64,000 nucleotides of DNA from Corallococcus sp. AS-1-12 (lineage in GTDB: Bacteria; Myxococcota; Myxococcia; Myxococcales; Myxococcaceae), in contig NZ_JAIQDD010000010.1 in NCBI RefSeq assembly GCF_020036995.1, positions 225,433 to 289,432 on the forward strand, read 5' to 3'. Each line of letters begins with the position of its first letter. The first letter of the stretch is position 1. The notes beneath the pieces are model-generated. The model was not told the origin of the DNA, did not search any database, and was given only the letters and a program-made list of their open reading frames with translations. Made by a program: the position numbers and the translations under genes. Below are positions 1 to 9,275 of the stretch, one piece after another.

Positions 1-2150
1 CGAACCTCGCGCTGCGTGACGCCTCCGCGCGCGTGGACGCGGTGGTGATGGACGAGTTCCACTACTACTCCGACAAGGAGCGCGGGGTGGCCTGGCAGAT
101 TCCACTGCTGGCGCTGCCCAAGACGCAGTTCCTGCTGATGTCCGCCACGCTGGGCGACACGCACGTCATCGAGCAGAGCCTGGAGAAGCTCACCGGCCGC
201 GAGGTGGCCACGGTGCGCAGCTCCGAGCGCCCCGTGCCGCTGGACTTCGACTACCGCGAGGTGCCGCTGCACGAGACCATCCAGGACCTCATCGCGCGCG
301 GGAAGTACCCCGTCTACCTGGTGAACTTCACGCAGCGGGCCGCGGCCGAGCAGGCGCAGAACCTGATGTCCGTGGACTTCAACACCAAGGAAGAGAAGGA
401 GGAGATCCGCCAGGCGCTGCTGGACGCCCCCTTCGACACGCCCTACGGCAAGGACTTCCAGCGCTTCCTGCGCCACGGCATCGGCATGCACCACGCGGGC
501 CTGCTGCCCAAGTACCGCCTGCTGGTGGAGAAGCTGGCGCAGCAGGGCCTGCTCAAGGTCATCAGCGGCACGGACACGCTGGGCGTGGGCGTGAACATCC
601 CCATCCGCACGGTGCTCTTCACGCAGTTGTTCAAGTTCAACGGCGAGAAGCTGGCGACCTTGAGCGTGCGCGACTTCAAGCAGATCGCCGGCCGCGCGGG
701 CCGCAAGGGCTTCGACACCGAGGGCAGCGTGGTGGCGCAGGCCCCGGAGTACATGATCGAGAACATCCGCCAGGCGGCGAAGGAGGCCGCGGGCAAGAAG
801 AAGTCCCCCAAGGCGAAGCCGCCGCAGAAGGGCTTCGTGCAGTACGACAAGAGCACCTTCGAGCGGCTCCAGAACGGGCTGCCGGAGCCGCTGGAGTCGC
901 GCTTCGACGTGACCCACGGCCTGCTGCTCAACCTGCTCCAGAGCGACAAGACGGAGGGCAGCGGCGGCTACCGGCGGCTGGTGCAGTTGGTGATGCGCTC
1001 GCACAGCTCCGACTACACGAAGAAGAAGATCCTGAAGGACGCGGCGATGTACTTCCGCACGCTGCGCGAAGCGGGCATCGTCAAGGTGGTGCAGTGGGAG
1101 AAGCACTCGGCGACGGTGGAGGTGTCCGAGGACCTCCAGCGCGACTTCAGCCTCAACCACACGCTGTCCCTGTACCTGCACGAGACGCTGGAGCTGTTGG
1201 ACCCCACGCTGGACACGTACGCGCTGGACGTCGTCACGCTGGTGGAGTCCATCCTGGAGAACCCGGAGGTGGTGCTGTACGCGCAGTTGCACCAGTTGAA
1301 GGGGGAGAAGATCCAGGAGATGAAGGCGCGGGGCGTGGAGTACGACGACCGCATGGAGGAGCTGGAGAAGCTGGAGTGGCCCAAGCCCAACCGTGAGTTC
1401 ATCTACGGCACCTTCAACGCCTTCGCGAAGAAGCACCCGTGGGTGGGCGAGGAGAACATCCGGCCCAAGTCCATCGTCCGGGACATGTTCGAGCGCTTCA
1501 TGTCCTTCCACGACTACGTGCGCGAGTACGGCCTGCAGCGCAGCGAGGGCGTGCTGTTGCGCTACGTGGGGGACGTCTACAAGTCGCTGGTGCAGACGGT
1601 GCCGGAGAAGTTCCGCAACGAGGACCTGGACGACATCATCGACCACCTGCGCGCGACGCTGCGTCAGGTGGACTCCAGCCTCCTGGACGAGTGGGAGCGG
1701 ATGCGCAACCCGGAGGCCCCCGTCGAAGTGAAGCCGGTGGTGGACCTCAAGCCCAAGGAGCTCACGGAGGACCCCAAGGCCTTCGCCGCGCGCGTGCGCG
1801 AGGAGCTGCACCGGCTGCTGCGCGCGCTGGGCCAGCGCCGCTACCTGGACGCGCTGGGCATGCTGGACAACGCGCTGGGCGAGTGGACCGCGCCGAAGCT
1901 CGAGCAGGCCATGGCGCCGTACTTCGAGGAGCACAAGCTGGTGGTGCTCACGCCCCAGGCGCGCAAGCCGGCGAACACGCAGCTCAAGGAGTCAGGCACG
2001 CGCCAGTGGGAGGCCCAGCAGCGCATCATGGACCCCGAGGGCCATGGGGACTGGGTCATCGACTGTGAGATTGACCTGCGCGGCCGGCGCATGGACGACG
2101 GCCCCATCCTGATGCTGCGCCGCATTGGCGGCATGGCCGCCTGGTCGTAG
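1..2150 (+). CDS. DEAD/DEAH-box (superfamily 2) helicase, C-terminal portion; 5' end lies outside the window. Helicase core motifs are followed by a long alpha-helical C-terminal extension (DUF3516-like).
   Basis: ORF 33..2150 is open to the window edge. Motifs seen in the translation are DEFH (motif II), SAT (III), HHAGL, GTDTLGVGVNIP and QIAGRAGRKG (VI). Stop TAG at 2148-2150. Confidence 0.8.
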   Translation, partial: NLALRDASARVDAVVMDEFHYYSDKERGVAWQIPLLALPKTQFLLMSATLGDTHVIEQSLEKLTGREVATVRSSERPVPLDFDYREVPLHETIQDLIARGKYPVYLVNFTQRAAAEQAQNLMSVDFNTKEEKEEIRQALLDAPFDTPYGKDFQRFLRHGIGMHHAGLLPKYRLLVEKLAQQGLLKVISGTDTLGVGVNIPIRTVLFTQLFKFNGEKLATLSVRDFKQIAGRAGRKGFDTEGSVVAQAPEYMIENIRQAAKEAAGKKKSPKAKPPQKGFVQYDKSTFERLQNGLPEPLESRFDVTHGLLLNLLQSDKTEGSGGYRRLVQLVMRSHSSDYTKKKILKDAAMYFRTLREAGIVKVVQWEKHSATVEVSEDLQRDFSLNHTLSLYLHETLELLDPTLDTYALDVVTLVESILENPEVVLYAQLHQLKGEKIQEMKARGVEYDDRMEELEKLEWPKPNREFIYGTFNAFAKKHPWVGEENIRPKSIVRDMFERFMSFHDYVREYGLQRSEGVLLRYVGDVYKSLVQTVPEKFRNEDLDDIIDHLRATLRQVDSSLLDEWERMRNPEAPVEVKPVVDLKPKELTEDPKAFAARVREELHRLLRALGQRRYLDALGMLDNALGEWTAPKLEQAMAPYFEEHKLVVLTPQARKPANTQLKESGTRQWEAQQRIMDPEGHGDWVIDCEIDLRGRRMDDGPILMLRRIGGMAAWS

Positions 2151-2156
2151 GGCGTA

Positions 2157-2450
2157 TCAGGCGGGCGGCGGCTTGGAGCTTCCGGAGCCTTGGGCCGCCT
2201 CGCGCACGGTGCGGGTGGCGACCTCCACCTCCGCGAGGATGCGGCGCGCGTGCTGGAGCAGGGCCTCGCCGGTGGGCAACAGGCGCATGCCCTTGGGGAC
2301 GCGCTCGAAGAGGGGCGTGCCCAGCTCATCCTCCAGGGCGAGGATGTGACGGCTGAGCGGCGGCTGGGTGAGGTGCAGCCGGCGCGCGGCCCGGCCCACG
2401 TGGCCCTCTTCCGCCACCGCGACGAAGGACTGGAGGTGCGTGATGCTCAC
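2157..2450 (-). CDS. LysR-family HTH-only ORF (97 aa). It has the N-terminal winged-helix DNA-binding domain but no substrate-binding domain, so it is a possible gene remnant.
   Basis: The translation carries the LysR signature LQSFVAVAEEGHVGRAARRLHLTQPPLSRHILALEDELGTPLFER. The ORF stops immediately next to the helicase stop. Normal LysR proteins are ~300 aa. Confidence 0.45.
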   Translation of the reverse strand: MSITHLQSFVAVAEEGHVGRAARRLHLTQPPLSRHILALEDELGTPLFERVPKGMRLLPTGEALLQHARRILAEVEVATRTVREAAQGSGSSKPPPA

Positions 2451-2551
2451 GCGCGGGAGGCTAGCGCGAGTCGTGCGCGTCGTGCACCCAGGCCGCGTGA
2501 TGCCAGAACAGCATTGGACGTTCCGGACGGGCGGGTGCCACCTTGCCCGGC

Positions 2552-3343
2552 ATGGGCATCCCTCTCTTCAAGGGCAGTGAAGTGGAACGGCTGCGGCTGG
2601 CGGGCCGCGCGGCGGCGGGCACGCTGGAGCACGTGGCCTCCCGGCTCCAGCCGGGCGTGACGACGGCGGACATCGACGCGTGGGTTCGCGAGGACACGGC
2701 CCGGCGCGGAGGCACCCCGAGCCAACTGGGCTACAAGGGCTTCCCGGCCACGGTGTGCACCAGCCGCAACCACGTGGTGTGCCATGGCGTCCCGCGCGCG
2801 GATGAGGTGCTGAAGTCCGGCGACATCGTCAACGTGGACGTGACGACGCACCTGGACGGCTTCCACGGCGACACGTCCGCCACGTTCATGATTGGCGAGG
2901 TCTCCGCGGACGCGAAGCACGTGGTGGATGTGGCGCGGCGCTGCCGGGACGTGGGCGTGTCCGTGGTGCGGCACGGCGCGCGGCTGGGGGACATTGGCGC
3001 GGCGGTGATGGCGCTGGCGAAGGCGGAGGGGTGCAGCGTGGTGGAGGAGTTCGGGGGCCACGGCATCGGCAGGCAGATGCACGGGGAGCCGCACGTGCCG
3101 CACGTGGCCAGGGCGGGCACGGGCATCACGCTGAAGTCGGGGATGGTCATCACCATCGAGCCGATGATCAACCTGGGGCGGCCGGACATCCGGATGATGC
3201 CGGATGGGTGGACCGTCGTGACCGCGGACGGCAGCCTGTCCGCGCAGTTCGAGCACACCGTGCTCGTCACCCGCGACGGCTGCGAGATCCTCACCCCCAG
3301 TGAGCTGTCCCTGCACATCCCCGTGAGCCATCCGAAAAGCTGA
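2552..3343 (+). CDS. map: Methionine aminopeptidase, type I
   Basis: Full-length similarity to MetAP1. The metal-ligand context (D..D..H..E..E) is present, for example FHGDTSATF and GHGIGRQMHGEP. The ATG at 2552 is preferred over the TTG at 2543. Confidence 0.9.
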   Translation: MGIPLFKGSEVERLRLAGRAAAGTLEHVASRLQPGVTTADIDAWVREDTARRGGTPSQLGYKGFPATVCTSRNHVVCHGVPRADEVLKSGDIVNVDVTTHLDGFHGDTSATFMIGEVSADAKHVVDVARRCRDVGVSVVRHGARLGDIGAAVMALAKAEGCSVVEEFGGHGIGRQMHGEPHVPHVARAGTGITLKSGMVITIEPMINLGRPDIRMMPDGWTVVTADGSLSAQFEHTVLVTRDGCEILTPSELSLHIPVSHPKS

Positions 3344-3400
3344 TGGCTCATCGCTTCTGACATCTGGTGTCCGCAGGCAGCCAGGCGCATCTCCTGGCGA

Positions 3401-4378
3401 ATGGAAACGCCTCCACCGCTCCCTGTTGTCCGTCCCCGGGCCTGGACGGCAGGGCATGTCGTGATGCCGCTCGGCGCGGCGCTCTGCCTGCTGCCTTCCG
3501 TCTCCACCGGCGTGGCGCTGCTCGCGGGGCTGTGCGTGGCCCTGACCGTGGGGAATCCGTTCGCGGGGAAGACGCGGGCCCTGACGCCCCGGCTGTTGTC
3601 CCTGGCGGTGGTGGGGCTGGGCGCGGGCATGGACCTGCGCACGGTGCTCGTCGCGGGGCGTGAGGGGCTGGGCTACACGGTGGTGGGCATCGCGCTGTGT
3701 TTGACGCTGGGCGTGGGGCTCGCCCGGCTGCTGGGCGTGCCTCGCGTGACGGGGCTGCTCATCAGCGTGGGCACGGCCATCTGCGGTGGGAGCGCGATCG
3801 CGGCGGTGGTGCCGGTGCTGCGGCCCCAGGAGCATGAGACGTCGGTGGCCCTGGGGACGGTGTTCCTGCTCAACGCCGTGGCGCTGTTCGTCTTCCCCGT
3901 CGTGGGGCACGCGGTGGGGCTGACGCCGCACCAGTTCGGACTGTGGTGCGCGATGGCCATCCACGACACCAGCTCCGTGGTGGGCGCGGCGCTGCGCTAC
4001 GGCCCGGAGGCGCTGGCGGTGGCCACGCCCGTGAAGCTGGCGCGGGCCCTGTGGATCCTCCCGCTGACGGTGGGCCTGGCCGCGTGGCGGCGGCGCGAGG
4101 GCCACACGGTGACGGGCCGGGTGCGCCGGCCGTGGTTCATCGCCGGGTTCCTCGGCGCTGCGGCGGTCGTGACGGCGTTCCCGTCGCTCGCACCGGTGGG
4201 GCAGGGTGTGGCGGCCGTCGCCCGGCAGGTGCTCGTGGTGACGCTGTTCCTGCTGGGAGCAGGGCTGACGCGCGAGACGTTGAAGGCCGTGGGCCTCCGT
4301 CCGCTCGCGCAGGCGGTGGTGCTGTGGCTGATCGTGGCGGGCCTGTGCCTGGGCGCGCTGCTCCTGGGCTGGGCGTGA
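3401..4378 (+). CDS. YeiH/UPF0324-family polytopic membrane protein (putative sulfate-exporter-family transporter)
   Basis: Hydrophobic 325-aa protein with about 10 predicted TM segments. The GxxxCGGSAIAA-type motif (LISVGTAICGGSAIAAVVPVL) is typical of the YeiH family. Confidence 0.75.
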   Translation: METPPPLPVVRPRAWTAGHVVMPLGAALCLLPSVSTGVALLAGLCVALTVGNPFAGKTRALTPRLLSLAVVGLGAGMDLRTVLVAGREGLGYTVVGIALCLTLGVGLARLLGVPRVTGLLISVGTAICGGSAIAAVVPVLRPQEHETSVALGTVFLLNAVALFVFPVVGHAVGLTPHQFGLWCAMAIHDTSSVVGAALRYGPEALAVATPVKLARALWILPLTVGLAAWRRREGHTVTGRVRRPWFIAGFLGAAAVVTAFPSLAPVGQGVAAVARQVLVVTLFLLGAGLTRETLKAVGLRPLAQAVVLWLIVAGLCLGALLLGWA

Positions 4379-4387
4379 GCCTCCGGC

Positions 4388-5302
4388 TCAGGGCAGCAGC
4401 ACGGGGGGCGTGGCGCGGGCATGGCGCAGGAAGCGGCCCGCGGCTCCGGATGGCTCGGCCACGGGCAGGGCCCAGGAGAAGGCTCGCGGGATTCGCAGCC
4501 CCGGGACGGGCAGCACCTGGAAGCGGCCCTGGGACAGCTCGCCGTCGATGCTCCAGCGGGACAACAGCGCGACGCCCAGGCCCAGCGACACGGCCCGCTT
4601 GATCGCCTCGGTGCTGCCCAACTGGAGGTCTCCGCGTCGCGGCCCCTTGCGCACGCCCGCCTTGCGCAGGGCCCTATCCAACACGGCGCGCGTGCCGGAG
4701 CCCTGCTCCCGCCACAAGAGCGGCACCTCCCGCAGCGCCTCCATGGTGCGGATCCGCGACCACTCGGCCGGCCCCTGGGACGAGACGACCGGCACCAGCT
4801 CGTCATCCAGGTAGCGCTCCAGCCGGATGCCGGGCGCCCTCGCGTGGCCCTCCACCAGCCCGAGCGGTACCCGGCCCTCCGACAGCCACGTCAGCACGTC
4901 GCGCGTATTGCCCACTTCCAGACGGACCTGGAGCTCGCGGTGCGTCCGCAGGAAGGACGCCAGCAGGCCCGGCACGATGGCGTTGGCCACGGTCGTGCTC
5001 GCCGCCAGCGCCAGCTCTCCCGTGAGCTTCTCCCCCGCCGCGATGGCGAGCGCCGCCTCGTCCAGCAGGCCGTGGATGCGCTGGGCATAGTCGAAGAGCA
5101 CGCGCCCCGCCGCGTTCAGCCGCACCCCGCGTGCCGTGCGCACGAGGAGCGGTTGGCCGCAGTCCGCCTCCAGTTGCCGGACCTGCGCGGTGACCGCGGG
5201 CTGCGACAGGTGGAGCAGGCGCGAGGCGGCGGAGATCTGCCCGGTCGAGGCGACGACGCGGAAGGTTTCGAGCCTGCGGGGGTCGACGAACAAGGCCGTC
5301 AT
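4388..5302 (-). CDS. LysR-family transcriptional regulator (full length, 305 aa)
   Basis: HTH LETFRVVASTGQISAASRLLHLSQPAVTAQVRQLE plus a C-terminal substrate-binding domain. The real start is the ATG at 5300-5302. The upstream 202 codons of ORF 4388..5908 are a GC-rich extension with no protein-like features. Confidence 0.85.
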   Translation of the reverse strand: MTALFVDPRRLETFRVVASTGQISAASRLLHLSQPAVTAQVRQLEADCGQPLLVRTARGVRLNAAGRVLFDYAQRIHGLLDEAALAIAAGEKLTGELALAASTTVANAIVPGLLASFLRTHRELQVRLEVGNTRDVLTWLSEGRVPLGLVEGHARAPGIRLERYLDDELVPVVSSQGPAEWSRIRTMEALREVPLLWREQGSGTRAVLDRALRKAGVRKGPRRGDLQLGSTEAIKRAVSLGLGVALLSRWSIDGELSQGRFQVLPVPGLRIPRAFSWALPVAEPSGAAGRFLRHARATPPVLLP

Positions 5303-5435
5303 CCTAGACGAGGCGCGAAAGAGGGGGCGCCCGCATCGCTGGGTGTTGAGAAGGGGGCGCTTGTGTCCGCCTGGCCGGCCGGGCAGGCGGTGGTTCTCGT
5401 TGGAAGCGTCAGGGCCTTTGATAGGTTGCCGCCCC

Positions 5436-6452
5436 ATGAAGAAGATTTTGGTCGCGCTCCTCGTGCTCATCGTCCTGGCGGTCGCGGGTGCAGGCGGCGT
5501 GTTCATGCACTTCCAGAACGCCACCACCGCGCCGCACGCGGCGGCGGATCCGGCGCCCAGGGAGTTCGTGGTGAAGAAGGGCGCGTCCGCGCGCTCGCTG
5601 GGCCAGCAGCTCCAGGCCCAGGGCTTCCTGGACGACCCCAACGTCTGGCGCTTCCACCTGTGGCGCCGGGGCAGCCTCAACGTGAAGGCCGGCCGCTTCA
5701 TGCTCAGCCCCACCGCCTCCGTGGCGGAGCTCGCCAACGCCCTGGAAGGCCAGCCGCTGCCGGAGGACGTGCCCTTCGCGATGATCGAAGGCTGGCGCCT
5801 GCGCGACACCGACCAGGTGCTCGCCGCCCAGGGGCTCATCAAGCCCGGGGAGTACGTCGCCGCGGCCAGCCAGCCGGGCCGCTTCGCCGCGCCGTTCCCG
5901 CTGCCCACGCGCAGCCTGGAGGGCTACCTCTACCCGGAGACGTACGGGATCATCGCGGCCAACTTCAAGGTGGAGACCTTCATCCAGCGGCAGATCGATA
6001 CCTTCCGCGCGCGCTTCTACGACGAGCACAAGGACGAGATCGCCAAGAGCGGCCGGTCGCTGCACGACATCGTCGTGATGGCCTCCATGCTGGAGCGCGA
6101 GGAGCCCGTGCCCTCCCAGCGCGCGCTCGTCGCGGGCATCCTCTGGAAGCGCGTGGACAAGGGCTTCCCGCTGGGCGTGGACGCCACCAGCCGCTACGAG
6201 CTGGCGGAGTGGAACGACCGCAAGGCGTTCCTCAAGCGGCTGCGGGACAACTCGGATCCGTGGAACTCGCGCACCCGCGCGGGCCTGCCGCCGGGCCCCA
6301 TTGGCGCGCCCACGGTGGACTCGCTGCTCGCCGCGCTGCGGCCGGTGAAGAGCGACTACTGGTACTACCTGCACGACGCGCAGAAGGTCCTGCACCCGTC
6401 GCGCAACGCGCAGGAGCACGAGGCGCTCCGCGCCAAGTACAACGTGTACTGA
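5436..6452 (+). CDS. mltG: Endolytic murein transglycosylase MltG (YceG-like)
   Basis: N-terminal TM helix MKKILVALLVLIVLAVAGAG followed by a YceG domain (GYLYPETY, ASMLEREE motifs). The start is the ATG at 5436, in frame inside ORF 5136..6452. Confidence 0.85.
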   Translation: MKKILVALLVLIVLAVAGAGGVFMHFQNATTAPHAAADPAPREFVVKKGASARSLGQQLQAQGFLDDPNVWRFHLWRRGSLNVKAGRFMLSPTASVAELANALEGQPLPEDVPFAMIEGWRLRDTDQVLAAQGLIKPGEYVAAASQPGRFAAPFPLPTRSLEGYLYPETYGIIAANFKVETFIQRQIDTFRARFYDEHKDEIAKSGRSLHDIVVMASMLEREEPVPSQRALVAGILWKRVDKGFPLGVDATSRYELAEWNDRKAFLKRLRDNSDPWNSRTRAGLPPGPIGAPTVDSLLAALRPVKSDYWYYLHDAQKVLHPSRNAQEHEALRAKYNVY

Positions 6453-6461
6453 GGCGCCACC

Positions 6462-8156
6462 ATGACGTCCCCCCTCCTGGACCCGAGCCGCGTCTCCACG
6501 CCCCCCGCCGGCGCGGAGGCCGCCTTGCGAGAGGAGGTGGCCTTCCTGCGTCAGGAGACCGAGCGGCTGCGCCGGCTGCTGGAGACCGCGGCGCAGGTCA
6601 CCTGGTCGACGGACCCCGCCAGGGAGGCGCTGACGCCCGTCTCCGCCTCGTGGACGGCCTTCACCGGCCAGACGCCGGAGCAGATGCGCGACCAGGGGTG
6701 GCTCCTCGCCCTGCACCCGGATGACCGGGCCGGGGCGCTGGCGGCGTGGGAGCGGGCCAAGGCGGGGCCGTCGCTCTTCTCCACGCGCTACCGGCTGCGG
6801 CGCGCGGATGGCGCGTACGTGTGGATGCTCGTCCGGGCCACGCCCATACCGGGGCCGGATGGCGCCGTGAGCGAGTGGGGGGGCACCTGCGTCGACATCC
6901 AGGCGCAGGTCCTGGGCGAGCAGCGCTCCGCGTTCCTCGCGCGGGCCAGCGAGCTGTTCGCGTCGTCGCTGGAGGCCTCCGCCACGCTGGCGTCGCTGGC
7001 GAACCTGTCGGTGTCGGCGCTCGCGGACTGGTGCATCGTGGACGTGCTGCACCCGGACGGCCACTTCGAGCGCGCCCAGGTGGTGACGGCGGACCCCTCC
7101 CAGGCGCAGCTCGCGGCCGCCGTGCAGCGGCTGGCGCCAGTGCCCCAGGAGCCGCCCGTCTATCCTCCCGCGGTGGCGCTGGCGACGGGCCAGTCCACCC
7201 TGGTGCCGGAGGTCACGGAGGCGGTGATGCGCTCCGTGGCGCAGGACGCGGACCACCTGGAGACGATGCGCCGGGTGGGCATCCGCTCGCTGCTCACCGT
7301 GCCGCTCCTGGCCCGCGGCCACATCCTGGGCGCGCTGTCCTTCCTGGTCACCACCTCCAGCCGCCGGTATGGCGACGAGGACCTGCGCTTCGCCCAGGAG
7401 CTGGCGAACGTGGCCGCGCTCGCGGTGGACAACGCGCGGCTGCTCCAGGGCGCGCGCGAGGCCATCCGCCTGCGCGACGAGTTCCTCTCCATCGCGAGCC
7501 ATGAGCTGAAGACGCCGCTCACGCCGCTGAGCCTGAAGCTCCAGGCGCTGTCGCGCGCGGTGAAGTCGCACCCGGACTCGCCGCTGGCCCCGGTCATCCA
7601 GGCCCACGTGGAGACGGGGCACCGCCAGGTCCGCCGGCTCACGGAGCTGATGAACGACCTGCTGGACGTGTCCCGCATCAGCGCCGGCACCTTCCGCCTG
7701 CAGCGCGAGGACGTGGACGTCGCGGAGGTGGTGCGCGAGGTGGCCGCGAGCTTCGCGCCCCGGTTCGCCCTGGAGCACTGCGACTTCCAGGTGGAGGCCC
7801 CGGAGTCGGTGCGCGGCAGCTTCGACCGGGCGCGGCTGGCGCAGGTGTTGGATCACCTGCTGGACAACGCCCTCAAGTACGGCGCCGGGACGCCGGTGTC
7901 CGTGCGGCTGGTGGCGGACGGGCCCGTGGCGCGGCTCACGGTGCGGGACGGGGGCATCGGCGTCCCGCCGGAGCAGCGGCCCCGCCTCTTCGAGCGCTAC
8001 GGCCGCGCGGTGTCCGAGCGCCACTATGGCGGCCTGGGACTGGGGCTCTACCTCACCCGCACCATCGTGGAGGCCGAGGGCGGGTGCGTGTCCCTGGAGA
8101 GCCGCCTGGGCGAGGGCGCCGCGTTCACGGTGGAGCTGCCGCTCACGCGGTCCTGA
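6462..8156 (+). CDS. Sensor histidine kinase (PAS - GAF - HisKA - HATPase_c), cytoplasmic
   Basis: H-box FLSIASHELKTPLTP, G-boxes DGGIGV and GGLGLGL, and PAS- and GAF-like regions upstream. No response regulator is adjacent. Confidence 0.85.
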   Translation: MTSPLLDPSRVSTPPAGAEAALREEVAFLRQETERLRRLLETAAQVTWSTDPAREALTPVSASWTAFTGQTPEQMRDQGWLLALHPDDRAGALAAWERAKAGPSLFSTRYRLRRADGAYVWMLVRATPIPGPDGAVSEWGGTCVDIQAQVLGEQRSAFLARASELFASSLEASATLASLANLSVSALADWCIVDVLHPDGHFERAQVVTADPSQAQLAAAVQRLAPVPQEPPVYPPAVALATGQSTLVPEVTEAVMRSVAQDADHLETMRRVGIRSLLTVPLLARGHILGALSFLVTTSSRRYGDEDLRFAQELANVAALAVDNARLLQGAREAIRLRDEFLSIASHELKTPLTPLSLKLQALSRAVKSHPDSPLAPVIQAHVETGHRQVRRLTELMNDLLDVSRISAGTFRLQREDVDVAEVVREVAASFAPRFALEHCDFQVEAPESVRGSFDRARLAQVLDHLLDNALKYGAGTPVSVRLVADGPVARLTVRDGGIGVPPEQRPRLFERYGRAVSERHYGGLGLGLYLTRTIVEAEGGCVSLESRLGEGAAFTVELPLTRS

Positions 8157-8160
8157 GCCG

Positions 8161-9195
8161 CTACGGCGCGCTCGTGCCGGGAGGCTCGGGCGACGTCTGG
8201 AACATGCCCGCGAGGATGCGCTCGGCCGCGTCCGCGAGCAGGTCCCGGGCCATGCGCGTCTCCTCGCCGAAGATGCCGCGCGACGTGTTCGCGTCCAGCA
8301 CGTGCGTGGCCAGCAGCGCGAACGCGGAGGGCTCGTCGAACGTCGCCTCCGACGACAATACGCGCTTGCCGGGCTGTTGATCCTCTTCGTGGAAGCGCCC
8401 CTCCCACGTGTCGCCCAGGGTGATGGAGAAGTACTGCGCCGCCACGTTGCCGGGCCGCGACATGTGCGACGCGGCCACCACGGCGCGCAACTGGCCGCGC
8501 TCGTCCCCGGTCATCTCGCGTTTCCACGCCTCGACCGAGGCGTGCATGGTGTCGATCTGATCCCTCGCCGCGTCCTCGGCGTTCTGCAGGAGGTCCGGCA
8601 CCCGGGCGTGGATGAACGCGGAGAGCTCCGCCTGCGTCACCCGGTTCGCCGCCAGCACGCCGTCCACGAGCGCGAGCGACGCGTCGAGCAGGCGCTGCTG
8701 CCGCGCCAGCGCCTCGGCCGGAAGCCCCCGGTCCTCCAGGCTCGCGCGGGAGGCGGTGATGAGGCCGCGCAGGGTGATGAGCCGCGTGCGCGTGTCGTCA
8801 TCGAGCGCGCCCTTGCTGGCGAGCAGGACGTGGAGCGCGAGCGGCACGTGGGTGACGGCCTTGTATACGTGGTAGCGGCGCGTGCGCGCGGGCGCCTCGA
8901 AGCGCTGGCCGCCCTTGCGAAGGATGAGCACGTCGTCGATCTGCGCGATGACGGGCCCCATGCGGGACAGCACGGCCTCACGGCGCGCGGCGTACGCGTC
9001 GCGGAACGCCTGGTTGAGCACGGAGATCGGATCCGCGGGCTCGAGCGCCACGCTTCGCGCGACCTCGGACGGCGGCTCGGGAGGAGGGGAAGGGGAGGCG
9101 GGACCACCCACGGGGCACTCGGCCATGGCGCGCACCGTAGCGTCCCCCGCGCGCCCGTCATCCCCGGCCTCGCGCCGGTGTCCGGATTCCTGCAA
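8161..9195 (-). CDS. Hypothetical protein (Myxococcales-type, no recognisable domain)
   Basis: Long ORF with non-biased, helix-rich composition downstream of the HK (convergent). An alternative ATG start at 9126 (MAECPVGG...) would remove the Pro-rich N-terminus. Confidence 0.5.
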   Translation of the reverse strand: MQESGHRREAGDDGRAGDATVRAMAECPVGGPASPSPPPEPPSEVARSVALEPADPISVLNQAFRDAYAARREAVLSRMGPVIAQIDDVLILRKGGQRFEAPARTRRYHVYKAVTHVPLALHVLLASKGALDDDTRTRLITLRGLITASRASLEDRGLPAEALARQQRLLDASLALVDGVLAANRVTQAELSAFIHARVPDLLQNAEDAARDQIDTMHASVEAWKREMTGDERGQLRAVVAASHMSRPGNVAAQYFSITLGDTWEGRFHEEDQQPGKRVLSSEATFDEPSAFALLATHVLDANTSRGIFGEETRMARDLLADAAERILAGMFQTSPEPPGTSAP

Positions 9196-9206
9196 CCCGG
9201 AAGCGA

Positions 9207-9241
9207 AAGGCCGGCCCCGCGGCGAAGCGGAGGCCGGCCTT
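9207..9241 (-). terminator. GC-rich hairpin AAGGCCGGCC...GGCCGGCCTT downstream of inhA (minus strand), a possible terminator or attenuator before the next minus-strand gene
   Basis: 10-bp arms with an internal ccgc/gcgg sub-stem. No clear U-tract. Confidence 0.2.
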
Positions 9242-9275
9242 CCTTCACGGCTCAGCGGTGACGGCGGTCAGGTGC

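Noticed and set aside
2447-4105. 552-aa minus-strand ORF (and many similar long antisense ORFs, e.g. 5409..8024 -, 9258..11687 +, 12960..14600 -, 15382..17238 +, 21628..22824 -, 23325..25919 -, 26923..29682 -, 29962..33315 -, 36979..39870 -, 50858..53386 +, 55207..58281 -, 59949..62132 -, 62773..63888 -)
   Set aside because: These are Arg/Ala/Gly/Pro/His-dominated translations without any recognisable motif. Each lies antisense to a gene with clear domain signatures. Such 'shadow ORFs' are expected at ~70% GC because stop codons are rare.
5303-5908. N-terminal 202-codon extension of the LysR ORF, and likewise the 5' extensions of the mltG ORF (5136-5435), the Slt ORF (53090-53440) and the Omp85 ORF (62129-62224)
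   Set aside because: The extensions are compositionally biased and lack signal or HTH features. Each has an internal start that yields a canonical N-terminus (HTH, TM anchor or signal peptide).
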